In this document: piece after piece, positions 7,805 through 16,065 of the stretch
Layout: each line of letters begins with the position of its first letter
Numbering within the stretch: position 1 is the stretch's first letter
Made by a program: the position numbers and the translations under genes
Notes under the pieces: generated by a model
Databases searched by the model: none
The model's input: the letters and a program-made list of their open reading frames with translations, nothing else
What the model was told of the DNA's origin: nothing
DNA from: an uncultured Candidatus Saccharibacteria bacterium
GTDB taxonomy: Bacteria; Patescibacteriota; Minisyncoccia; Phycocordibacterales; CSBR16-119
Length of the DNA stretch: 64,000 bases
Assembly (NCBI GenBank): GCA_964355515.1
Contig: CAYHDV010000001.1
Span: 26,544-90,543, forward strand
Direction: 5' to 3'

Positions 7805-10207
7805 TCAATGAGATTCTGTCTTCACGACAGTGTCCCCATTTCTCCAAATCACAATCTGATTGCCAAAGCTTACAGTGTGCGTCTGGAGGTCACGAAGCAA
7901 CACTCCTTGCCCAATCCTTGAACCAATGGTGCTGTAGACATCACCCACGATAAGTGGGTTTTGCCTGACAATCTCCTCGATTCCGTTTGGTGGAGTTGGT
8001 GAGTTAAGGGTTGTGAAGTAAAAAACTCCATAACTAGACTCATAAACTCCTGCCACGTAGAAATCAAGTTCAAAGAAAATGTTTTGTCCATCAGGCAAAT
8101 CGGCCAAATGGAAATTCATCGGCTGGTTTGCATTCAAGAGCAATATTGGATCAAGCGATTCTCCTGTTTGTCCAAGTGGATACCATCTCATCACGCAAGT
8201 GACTTGTGCCAATCCATGTGGATCGGCCCAGACTTGAATAATCCCCGCGGTTGAATCCACTACCAGCTCCTGCCATCCCAGATACTCTACTGGCCCCAAA
8301 ACTGGAGGCTCAACATATTCCGGAAGTGCCTGACTAAATGTCGGACTTTCCACCCAGCCACCTTCGGCATTTATGTAGATGATCCGATAATAAACCGAAT
8401 CTTCTTCTGCCTGAACGTAGGGCCAGATGTCAGCATGTGCCGTGTATGAACCAATACTTGGTGTTGCCACCGTATCTTGATTCGAAAGTGGACTTGCAAG
8501 AGTCGCAAGATTCTCACTTAGTCTCAAGTAAGCACTTGCACCATTGAGACTCATTGGATTAGCCAAAAAATCAATTTCAGCAATCCAGGTGATCTCAGAC
8601 CATGTTATTGGCATAAGATTTACCACAGGCTGACCAGGTGTCGGCATGGTCGTAAAAGTCCATACCATAGTCCTATCAGTATGAGGAGAAAGTGAATCTT
8701 TCCCCACCACTGTCACACGGTATTCTGTACCGTTCGCAAGACTTGAGTATGCCACCGATTGATTAAGCGTTCCACTTGCGTCATAGAAGTTTTGACTTGA
8801 GATCAGTCCGGGGTTTAACCCGCTTAATTGCTCAAGCTCTACCTCTGCGTTCACTCCTCCAACATTTATCGAGCGGTCAACCAACAGATTGAAACCATAA
8901 CTCACCGCAGTTACCACAGGACCGGTAGATGAAATATCCACAAGTCCGGGTTCATACATGGTGATGTAGTAGGTCCAAGTCTCGGTGGATCCATCTATCG
9001 CTCGCGTGAGTGTGATGGTGACCATCTCGGTCGATCCCGGTGTCAAATTTGTCACCGTGACATCGACAGTATCAAGGCCCATAGTCGCAATTCCTCCCGG
9101 AAAGTTCAAATTTTCCTGAGGAAAGTTCACCACTACATTGCTTGGTCCTCCATCCGAATATGTCGGAATGTGGAGCTCCACTTCGTGAAGACCTGTGCTG
9201 TCATGAGTCACCTGTCCGATAGACAAGTCATCCAAATCAGCCGTGGTCACACTCAGTGTTGCACTTGCCGTACCTCCAGCATTTGTTGCTATGATTTGCC
9301 ATGTGTGCACTGTCCCGAATCCTAGCCCAGGAAGAGTGTACGAGCCAATAGCTGTGTCAACAGTCGTGTTGGTATACACAGAAACTCCATCAGCAAGCAA
9401 ATTGTAGCTTGTAGTGTTTGTCCCGTTCCCAATAACTGTGAACTCTACTTCCTGTGTACTACTTGTCGCTGTTAGCGAATCAAGATAGACAAGTGGCACA
9501 GTCACTGCTCCTGTTGTAAAGGTTAAAACTGGACTCGTAAAGAGTACAATCCCACCTCCAGCATTTGCTCTGACACGTCCTGTATAGGTCGTATTCGGTT
9601 GGCAGTTTGTGATGACAATACTTTTGTCATGTTGAACCCCAACCTCATACAACTGAGTGGCGACGATTCCTCCTGGTCCAGATTGCTGAACAAAGGAAAA
9701 CATTGCACCGCTCTGCCCATCCAGAGAGTCGATGTGGATGGTCGCACCACCAGAGGTGGTGTCCGTCACACTGTGACCCCATGAAGCTGGTATGCCCAAA
9801 TAAAAGGTCGTTGAATCCGTGTGAGTAAGTGATGTGTGCATATCAATTACGTTCCATCCCCCACCCGTTGTATCAACAATCTCTGTAACCACGACCATCT
9901 CAAGGACAGTATTTTCCGTGTTTACATCAAATACCATTGTTTGTGGGATTTGAAGCCCGTAACCAAGCATGAGGCTATCAACTGACACAATTGTATCACC
10001 ATCAAGTTTGATGCCCACCCCAAAAGAGTTTGATACCAATCCATTTTGAAGGAGATTGATAGCAGTGATTTCCGTGTTGATTTTGATCACCCACGGAGTA
10101 GTCACTTGAGTTCCAGTGATTTCTGCAAAAGCGACCGGGGTCACCTGAGCAGACAGATTAAACGCCATCCCTAGGACGGCTAGCGCAATAATGATTGTTT
10201 TTTTCAT
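7805..10207 (-). CDS. Large secreted Thr/Ser/Gly/Val-rich protein with repetitive beta-rich (Ig/FN3-like) segments; likely cell-surface protein
   Basis: 800 aa with N-terminal signal peptide MKKTIIIALAVLGMAFNLSAQ. Markedly higher GC than its surroundings, and low-complexity T/S-rich repeats. Confidence 0.6.
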   Translation of the reverse strand: MKKTIIIALAVLGMAFNLSAQVTPVAFAEITGTQVTTPWVIKINTEITAINLLQNGLVSNSFGVGIKLDGDTIVSVDSLMLGYGLQIPQTMVFDVNTENTVLEMVVVTEIVDTTGGGWNVIDMHTSLTHTDSTTFYLGIPASWGHSVTDTTSGGATIHIDSLDGQSGAMFSFVQQSGPGGIVATQLYEVGVQHDKSIVITNCQPNTTYTGRVRANAGGGIVLFTSPVLTFTTGAVTVPLVYLDSLTATSSTQEVEFTVIGNGTNTTSYNLLADGVSVYTNTTVDTAIGSYTLPGLGFGTVHTWQIIATNAGGTASATLSVTTADLDDLSIGQVTHDSTGLHEVELHIPTYSDGGPSNVVVNFPQENLNFPGGIATMGLDTVDVTVTNLTPGSTEMVTITLTRAIDGSTETWTYYITMYEPGLVDISSTGPVVTAVSYGFNLLVDRSINVGGVNAEVELEQLSGLNPGLISSQNFYDASGTLNQSVAYSSLANGTEYRVTVVGKDSLSPHTDRTMVWTFTTMPTPGQPVVNLMPITWSEITWIAEIDFLANPMSLNGASAYLRLSENLATLASPLSNQDTVATPSIGSYTAHADIWPYVQAEEDSVYYRIIYINAEGGWVESPTFSQALPEYVEPPVLGPVEYLGWQELVVDSTAGIIQVWADPHGLAQVTCVMRWYPLGQTGESLDPILLLNANQPMNFHLADLPDGQNIFFELDFYVAGVYESSYGVFYFTTLNSPTPPNGIEEIVRQNPLIVGDVYSTIGSRIGQGVLLRDLQTHTVSFGNQIVIWRNGDTVVKTESH

Positions 10208-10318
10208 TTTCTTCGTTTTGTTGAATTGTGAGGTACTATTTTGTTTGACTTAAACCTACCATAAACTTGACAAATAGTCAATATGTATTCAAAAACTCAT
10301 TTTTGGTAAACTGGGCAG

Positions 10319-11005
10319 ATGAAAATTCATAGATTTTTTGTCGATTTGCCATATGAGACGGACGAGCTGATTATTTCTGACAAAGAATTGGTTCACCAAA
10401 TGAATAATGTACTCAAACTCAAATCTGGAGAATTTGTAGAGCTTTTTGATGGTTCAGGTAGTGCCTTTCTAGGTGAAATAAGTAGTGTCTCAAAAAAATC
10501 TGTAGAAATTAAAAATGGGGAAATTAAAAAAGTGGCAGATACTCGAAAAGAAATTTTCGCCTATATTCCCCTTCTACGCCGAACAAACACAGAACTTATA
10601 ATCCAAAAACTCACCGAGCTTGGAATCAAAAATATAATCCCCATCAAAACAGATAGAACAATCAAGTCCGATGTGAATCAAGAGAGGCTAAAGAAAATCT
10701 CGATAGAAGCCACCGAACAATCCGGACAATACTTCCTCACCAATATCAGCGAACCACTCAAGCTCAAAGAGGCTCTCGAGAGAGCCTCTGGTACAGATAT
10801 ATTTGTTCTAGATATGGGAAATGATTCTTTCCGAAACCATAAGCGCACCTATCCTCTATCATTTTTTGTTGGGCCTGAAGGTGGCTGGACAGATGAAGAG
10901 CGAGAGCTGTTTAGAAACTCTGGCGCAAAGATCGTAACACTCACAGACACTGTCCTACGAGGAGAAACTGCTGTTATCCTCGCGGGTTATGAAGCTCTTT
11001 ATTAA
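10319..11005 (+). CDS. rsmE: 16S rRNA (uracil1498-N3)-methyltransferase RsmE
   Basis: 228 aa. MKIHRFFVD N-terminus and C-terminal SPOUT domain (FFVGPEGGWTDEE). Confidence 0.8.
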   Translation: MKIHRFFVDLPYETDELIISDKELVHQMNNVLKLKSGEFVELFDGSGSAFLGEISSVSKKSVEIKNGEIKKVADTRKEIFAYIPLLRRTNTELIIQKLTELGIKNIIPIKTDRTIKSDVNQERLKKISIEATEQSGQYFLTNISEPLKLKEALERASGTDIFVLDMGNDSFRNHKRTYPLSFFVGPEGGWTDEERELFRNSGAKIVTLTDTVLRGETAVILAGYEALY

Positions 11006-11049
11006 AAACAAAAAACTCCCACAATAATCGTGAGAGAAAAATATCTTGT

Positions 11050-11155
11050 ATCGAAAAGCAAGAAACCAGTTGCTAGAATTCCAGTCATTGGACCAATTCT
11101 AGAGATTCACCTTGCGGTCATCCCAGTCCTCCCAAAGTTCGGGAACCTTGGACGC
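11050..11155 (-). repeat. DGR-like template repeat (TR) candidate: 106-nt intergenic copy
   Basis: 87% identical to 11525-11630. All 14 mismatches are T on the plus strand of this copy, meaning A on the minus (sense) strand. The other 92 positions are identical. Confidence 0.75.
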
Positions 11156-11524
11156 GGGAACTTTTGTATATCTATCCATCTGTACCACCGGTGCCAGATT
11201 CCTCCAACACCTGAATATTATTTGGGATCAAGAATCCACCAGATAGATATACCGACATATATTTTTTTGAAAGAATGCAATACAACCACGCTGTGATAAG
11301 CCCTGCCGACGCCAAGGCTTTGGCACGCAAACAGTGACCGACCATATTCTGGGTTGCAAGATTCTGATCGCAGGATGTAAAGCCTTGACCGTACATGCAT
11401 TACCACAATCATCCTTCAGTATATACAAAAAGACCCCTTGATTCAAATGCACAAAGTGCAAAGAACCAAAGGGTCGAAGTTAAAAAGCAACCAAGCAAAG
11501 ATTCAAAAGATCAAAGTTCAGTCG

Positions 11525-11630
11525 CGAAAAGCAAGAAACCAGCCGCTAGAATCCCAGCCACGGGACCAATCCTAGAGATCCACCCTGCGGCCAACCCAGT
11601 CCCCCCAAAGCCCGGGAACCTTGGACGCGG
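11525..11630 (-). repeat. DGR-like variable repeat (VR) candidate spanning the stop codon (11572-11574) of lipoprotein gene 11572..12027
   Basis: Direct repeat of 11050-11155. It carries N substitutions only where the TR has A in the sense strand. The TR frame is rich in AAT/AAC/GAC codons. Confidence 0.75.
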
Positions 11631-12027
11631 TGGTTTTAGAACCAAGTGCGATGATACTCATTTCGCGTTGCAATCTGGGATATTCGTTTCCCAGGGTGAG
11701 AAGTTCGCGAGCGGTTGCTGGCCGAAGTCCACGGACAACCATCTGTGCCACAATATCTTCAGAAGACATTTTTCGGTTAAAGTTGAGTAGGATGGCTTCA
11801 CGGGTCATGATTGTGTCTTTCTTGTCATCTCCACCTTTTTGGATAAAGGCATTGTTGGAAATACCAGAATTGACCAAGTCATAGTTTCCCATGGTCACAA
11901 GGTCATCAATTGACTTGGAATAGTCAATTATGACATTCATCCGTAATTCATCGATTTGGTTTCCTCCACCACAAGATGAGAGGATTGCCATTGCTGGCAA
12001 GAGGGCAAAAAGTGTTAGCTTTTTCAT
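11572..12027 (-). CDS. Small lipoprotein; putative DGR target protein (C-terminal 18 aa encoded by the VR)
   Basis: 151 aa with signal peptide and lipobox (AILSSC). C-terminus ...ASKVPGLWGDWVGRRVDL lies within the repeat. The TAG stop sits in the middle of the repeat. Confidence 0.7.
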   Translation of the reverse strand: MKKLTLFALLPAMAILSSCGGGNQIDELRMNVIIDYSKSIDDLVTMGNYDLVNSGISNNAFIQKGGDDKKDTIMTREAILLNFNRKMSSEDIVAQMVVRGLRPATARELLTLGNEYPRLQREMSIIALGSKTTASKVPGLWGDWVGRRVDL

Positions 12028-12046
12028 AATATTCGGTTTTGAAGTT

Positions 12047-12064
12047 TAAGTATATGTTAACATA
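12047..12064. promoter_or_regulatory. Perfect 18-bp palindrome GTATATGTTAACATATAC, 20 nt upstream of the lipoprotein start; operator candidate
   Basis: Exact inverted repeat overlapping the expected RBS/-10 region of gene 11572..12027. Confidence 0.4.
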
Positions 12065-12192
12065 TACGGGTATCTTTGTCAAGGATTATTGTGATGGCAT
12101 GTATTATATGTAGAAATGACAAGTTTTAGAACTTGCAAACCTTTCGACACTTGAGCTTTAACTTTTAAAATATTCACGGTTTTTTTGATTAG

Positions 12193-12245
12193 TGCGTAGC
12201 GTCTTTGCGAGGAGCTTGGCGACAAAGCAATCCAGGGTTCAATCA
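12193..12245. repeat. Short dispersed repeat, about 50 bp, copy A
   Basis: gcgtagcgtctttgcgaggagcttggcgacaaagcaatccagg matches the reverse complement of 20683-20735. Degenerate relatives at about 11297-11335, 12355-12400 and 12420-12478. Confidence 0.7.
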
Positions 12246-12519
12246 CCTTATTGTGAATGGGGTGCGTTTCAGTGTCCATAGATCCTGAACTAAATTCAGG
12301 ATGACAGGTATATTGTATAGTGTTGCCCATTTAGATCCTGAAATGTACCCTCACTTCGCTGTGGAGTACTAAGTCCTGGATTGCTTCGTGCCTCGCAATG
12401 ACGATACGTTTTATGAGTACTCTCTGGATTGATTCATGCCTCACTTCTTCGCCAAGGCTACGAAAGTGCACGGCGCAATGACAAAATTGTTTGCATGTGA
12501 CAAGCATTACTTTTAGATT

Positions 12520-13290
12520 TTAATCTTTCAGAAAAATTTTCTTTACTTGCTCAGTAGAAATCACTCTTGCATCCTCTACTTTATATTCTCCGATAGAAAT
12601 TCTCCGGAGAGCAGAAAGTGTAGCCGGTACGCCAAGTCTACTGCCTAGCTCGCGAGCAAGTGATCGAATATACGTCCCAGAACCAACATCAAAAGTGACC
12701 CTCAGAGCGACCTCACCCCAGCCCTGCCTGCCGGCAGGCAGGCCTCTCCTTATCAATGAGAGGGGGCTAGCCGATGACCCTTCTCGCTTCGAGTCGTTTC
12801 TTTTAATTTCTTTTAACTTTACCGAATGTACAAGCATTGTCTTTATCGGTACTTCGACCTCTTGGTCTTTGCGGGCATATTTGTACAAAGCCTTTCCATC
12901 TTTTTTGATAGCTGAATACACAGGCACAGCTATTTTTTGCTCACCTAGTAGAGTTTCTAATTTTTCCTTTATCTCTTTGTCTTCTAGAGCCGAAGCGTCC
13001 GCTTCCGCAATCACTTCCCCTTCCAAATCATCTGTTGTGGTTTGTTTACCCAACAGAATTTCTGCTTCATAGACTTTTGATTTGCCAATTAGCCCTGTGA
13101 GCTCCTTTGTCATCTTCCCCACACCCACGAGGATTAGTCCTGTAGCCCTCGGGTCGAGCGTCCCTGCGTGACCTATTTTGATTTTCGCATGTCCGGCTTC
13201 TTTGTACTCTCGTTTCAAAAAACGAATCACATCATACGATGTCACGCCAAATGGCTTGTCTATCAAAAGTAATTCCCCTTCTGGATTCAT
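12520..13290 (-). CDS. truB: tRNA pseudouridine(55) synthase TruB, carrying an in-frame roughly 30-aa insertion that contains a GC-rich palindrome
   Basis: 256 aa. LIDKPFGVTSYDVI, catalytic HAGTLDP, C-terminal GTYIRSLARELG. The insertion encodes ...SPLSLIRRGLPAGRQGWGEV. Confidence 0.85.
   Translation of the reverse strand: MNPEGELLLIDKPFGVTSYDVIRFLKREYKEAGHAKIKIGHAGTLDPRATGLILVGVGKMTKELTGLIGKSKVYEAEILLGKQTTTDDLEGEVIAEADASALEDKEIKEKLETLLGEQKIAVPVYSAIKKDGKALYKYARKDQEVEVPIKTMLVHSVKLKEIKRNDSKREGSSASPLSLIRRGLPAGRQGWGEVALRVTFDVGSGTYIRSLARELGSRLGVPATLSALRRISIGEYKVEDARVISTEQVKKIFLKD
12722..12752. repeat. GC-rich perfect palindrome CCTGCCTGCCGGCAGGCAGG embedded in-frame in truB
   Basis: Near-identical palindrome CCTGCCTGCCGGACAGGCAGG at 23519-23540 inside grpE. 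Confidence 0.7.
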
Positions 13291-13378
13291 GGGTCTACTT
13301 TAAAACAAAATTTAAAAATAACAAGACTCTTGACATAAATCTATTTTTTAATTAATCTGGTAAAAAACAATACAGCAC

Positions 13379-13735
13379 ATGTACACACTAGAGGAATTAA
13401 AAGAAATCGGAACAAAACTTGTTGAAATCAACTTGGGTAGGGTTTCTACAAAAAGTATCGTTCAGGATTTCAAGAATAGACACTCTTGGTCATTGGGACT
13501 TTTATCTAATAAGACAAAAGATGGAAAGCTGTTCAAGGAGATATGCGAGAGTGGTCACTGGATTCAGTGTAAGAAAGAACCAATTCTTGATGATCTAGAA
13601 AAACCTTTGACTCATCAGCCTCGCCCGAAATGGGCTAAGATTTTGATCTCGAATTCTTCGAAAAGTGTAGTTATCACTTGCGAGGAAACCCATGCAGTAG
13701 GCAAATTCATGCCAACTACAGTGCAGATTGAATGA
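13379..13735 (+). CDS. Hypothetical protein
   Basis: 118-aa ORF followed by an intrinsic terminator at 13748-13772 (aaagcgaccaattcggtcgcttttttt). Confidence 0.4.
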   Translation: MYTLEELKEIGTKLVEINLGRVSTKSIVQDFKNRHSWSLGLLSNKTKDGKLFKEICESGHWIQCKKEPILDDLEKPLTHQPRPKWAKILISNSSKSVVITCEETHAVGKFMPTTVQIE

Positions 13736-13791
13736 TCTGTCACGATTTAAAAAGCGACCAATTCGGTCGCTTTTTTTGTTATAATCTTTTT

Positions 13792-14556
13792 ATGGATATT
13801 ATTTCATCAATTATTCTTGGTGTCGTGGAGGGACTAACAGAATTTCTGCCAATTTCTTCTACCGCCCACCTCATGATTACCAGCAAGCTTCTGGGACTTC
13901 CCCATACCCCATTTCTCTCTACATTTGAAATTGGTATTCAGTCTGGGGCCATCCTTGCTGTTATTATTTATTACTTTAAACGAATTTTTTCTTCAAGAGA
14001 TCTCTTTTGGAAAATTGTGGTGGGGTTTATCCCTACAGCAGTCATCGGGTTTTTATTATATGATGTAGTCAAAAATTATCTCCTTGAATCTTTGGTTGTT
14101 GTAGGCTGGGCGTTACTTATCGGAGGAGTAATTATTATTCTAATAGAGAAATTTCATAAATCAGTTCCTGAATCCGCTGAAGTAGAATCTATTTCATATA
14201 AGCAATCAGTACTGCTTGGATTCTTCCAAGTGTTCGCAATAATACCCGGAGTCTCACGTTCTGGGGCGACGATTATGGGAGGGCTTTTGTCTGGAATCAG
14301 CAGAAGACAAATTGTGGAGTTTTCTTTCTTGCTTGCGATACCCACAATTCTGGGAGCAACTGGTTTTGATATTCTAAAAAGTGGCATAAGCTTCACAAAT
14401 CAAGAATTACTAGTATTTGGAATTGGGACTGTGGTTTCTGCCCTGACAGCCTGGGCAGCAATTAAGTTTTTCTTGAAATTTATCTCAAGCCATTCTTTTG
14501 AAGTGTTTGGGTGGTACAGAATTCTGGTAGGGATACTCATCCTCCTATTTTTATAA
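13792..14556 (+). CDS. uppP: Undecaprenyl-diphosphatase UppP (BacA)
   Basis: MDIISSIILGVVEGLTEFLPISSTAHL is the classic UppP N-terminus. Multi-TM protein, and the start was chosen at an internal Met of the longer ORF. Confidence 0.85.
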   Translation: MDIISSIILGVVEGLTEFLPISSTAHLMITSKLLGLPHTPFLSTFEIGIQSGAILAVIIYYFKRIFSSRDLFWKIVVGFIPTAVIGFLLYDVVKNYLLESLVVVGWALLIGGVIIILIEKFHKSVPESAEVESISYKQSVLLGFFQVFAIIPGVSRSGATIMGGLLSGISRRQIVEFSFLLAIPTILGATGFDILKSGISFTNQELLVFGIGTVVSALTAWAAIKFFLKFISSHSFEVFGWYRILVGILILLFL

Positions 14557-14626
14557 ATAAGAGGTATTCATCTGTCTCAAAAAATATAAAGATAATCCTT
14601 AATTTTTTGTAATAAAAAAGCTCTTT

Positions 14627-14866
14627 TCAGAGCTCATGAACCTTGTCTTTATCTTCTTCGAGGTCAGCTTTCGTATTTGGTATAAGAAAATATTTTGCTG
14701 AACTACTAGATTTCTTTGATTTAGGTTTAGATTTTTTATGATAATCCAGTTTAACAGGATTGTTTTGTTGATATAACAAATATCTTTCTTTCCTAGAATT
14801 ATGTTCACCAGAAAGGGACATCATCGCAGCCAAAATAATATAATTTATGTACAGAATATTCTTCAT
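14627..14866 (-). CDS. Small secreted protein (signal peptide, K/S-rich)
   Basis: 79 aa with N-terminal hydrophobic segment. Followed by a terminator on the minus strand at about 14606-14640. Confidence 0.4.
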   Translation of the reverse strand: MKNILYINYIILAAMMSLSGEHNSRKERYLLYQQNNPVKLDYHKKSKPKSKKSSSSAKYFLIPNTKADLEEDKDKVHEL

Positions 14867-14926
14867 GGCTTTTATTTTTACTCTACACTAAAAAAGAAAC
14901 CCTGTCCAAGGGTTTCTTTTTTAGTA

Positions 14927-15253
14927 TTATTTAATTGCTGAAATCTTTACTTCGTAAAATGGTTGTTTGTGACCGTTTTTTCGGTAGTATCGTGACTTTG
15001 ATTTGTACTTTGCGACAATTACCTTTTTACCTCGTCCTTCTTCTTGGAATAGAGCTTCTACTACTTTCCCAGATACTGTTGGGGTACCCACCATTGTGTC
15101 TTTACCATTATCGAACAAAAGTACTTCTTCAAAAGTAATTTTTTCCCCTTCTGTATAAGCCTTTGGAAGTTTCTCAATTTTAAGAATATCACCAACAGAT
15201 ACTTGGTATTGTTTCCCTCCTGTTTTTATAACTGCAAATTCTTTAGTTACCAT
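14927..15253 (-). CDS. rplU: 50S ribosomal protein L21
   Basis: MVTKEFAVIKTGGKQYQVSVGDIL..., 108 aa, with terminator at 14890-14925. Confidence 0.85.
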   Translation of the reverse strand: MVTKEFAVIKTGGKQYQVSVGDILKIEKLPKAYTEGEKITFEEVLLFDNGKDTMVGTPTVSGKVVEALFQEEGRGKKVIVAKYKSKSRYYRKNGHKQPFYEVKISAIK

Positions 15254-15382
15254 AATATCAAGTATTCTACCTAAATCTATTTAAAATGCAAGCTTTTTTC
15301 TGGGGAGATTCCTGATCCCCGAAATCCACTGATTTTTGGCTTTTTGGCTTAGTCTAAAAGTATCTCATGCTACAATTTAGAC

Positions 15383-16063
15383 ATGTTAAAACAACAACGT
15401 CTAGACTCTTTATCAGATGGTATTTTTTCCATAGTAATGACACTTTTGGTTCTGGAGCTAAAAGTCCCCGCTATCACAGAATCACTCACAGAGGGTCACC
15501 TATTATCCTCTCTGATTGAAATTATCCCTCTTCTTCTTATTTATTTTGTATCATTCACACTTCTCTATGTTTATTGGAGAGGTCAACACTACATAGCTTC
15601 TGTATTTGCACATAACCTAGATAATAGGCTCACTTCTATAAATGCTATTTTTCTGATGCTTATCGGACTTGTTCCCTTTTCTACCCATTTTCTAGGTTTA
15701 TATCTTTTTTCTCAAACAGCAATAATTGTGTATGGGTTCCACATGCTTCTTCTCTCAGCCACACTCCTTTGGATGAGAATCCATGTGCGAGATTCAGCAG
15801 ATATCGAAAATGAGCCAATAGACAAAAAATCAGATGCTAGAGGTATGATGAGAATCGTCATGCCTGGAGCAATGGCCATAATTGCCATTCTTCTTTCTTT
15901 TATAAATACAATGTTTTCTCTCCTGCTGTTTCTTGTTGCTATATATTTCAATCTGGCTTCATCAAATGCTCATTGGTTGAATAATATATTTGATAAAATA
16001 AATGTAAAGTTTATGAGCAAGCCTAAACAAAAACAATCTCAAAAAAAGATTGCTAAAAAATAA
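15383..16063 (+). CDS. TMEM175/DUF1211-family putative K+ channel membrane protein
   Basis: RLDSLSDGIFSIVMTLLVLEL signature at the N-terminus. Six TM segments. Confidence 0.7.
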   Translation: MLKQQRLDSLSDGIFSIVMTLLVLELKVPAITESLTEGHLLSSLIEIIPLLLIYFVSFTLLYVYWRGQHYIASVFAHNLDNRLTSINAIFLMLIGLVPFSTHFLGLYLFSQTAIIVYGFHMLLLSATLLWMRIHVRDSADIENEPIDKKSDARGMMRIVMPGAMAIIAILLSFINTMFSLLLFLVAIYFNLASSNAHWLNNIFDKINVKFMSKPKQKQSQKKIAKK

Positions 16064-16065
16064 TT

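Noticed and set aside
11030-11790. Plus-strand ORFs 11030..11296 and 11395..11790, which both translate the 106-nt repeat into a shared SKSKKPxARIPxxGPILEIH peptide
   Set aside because: Nearly every nucleotide difference between the two copies changes the amino acid in this frame, so there is no purifying selection. The differences are strand-specific adenine substitutions on the opposite strand, so the repeat is a DGR TR/VR pair and not a duplicated plus-strand gene.
12079-12330. 83-aa ORF in the repeat-rich truB-lipoprotein spacer
   Set aside because: It lies across dispersed repeat copies and palindromes, has no RBS context or domain, and is likely non-coding.
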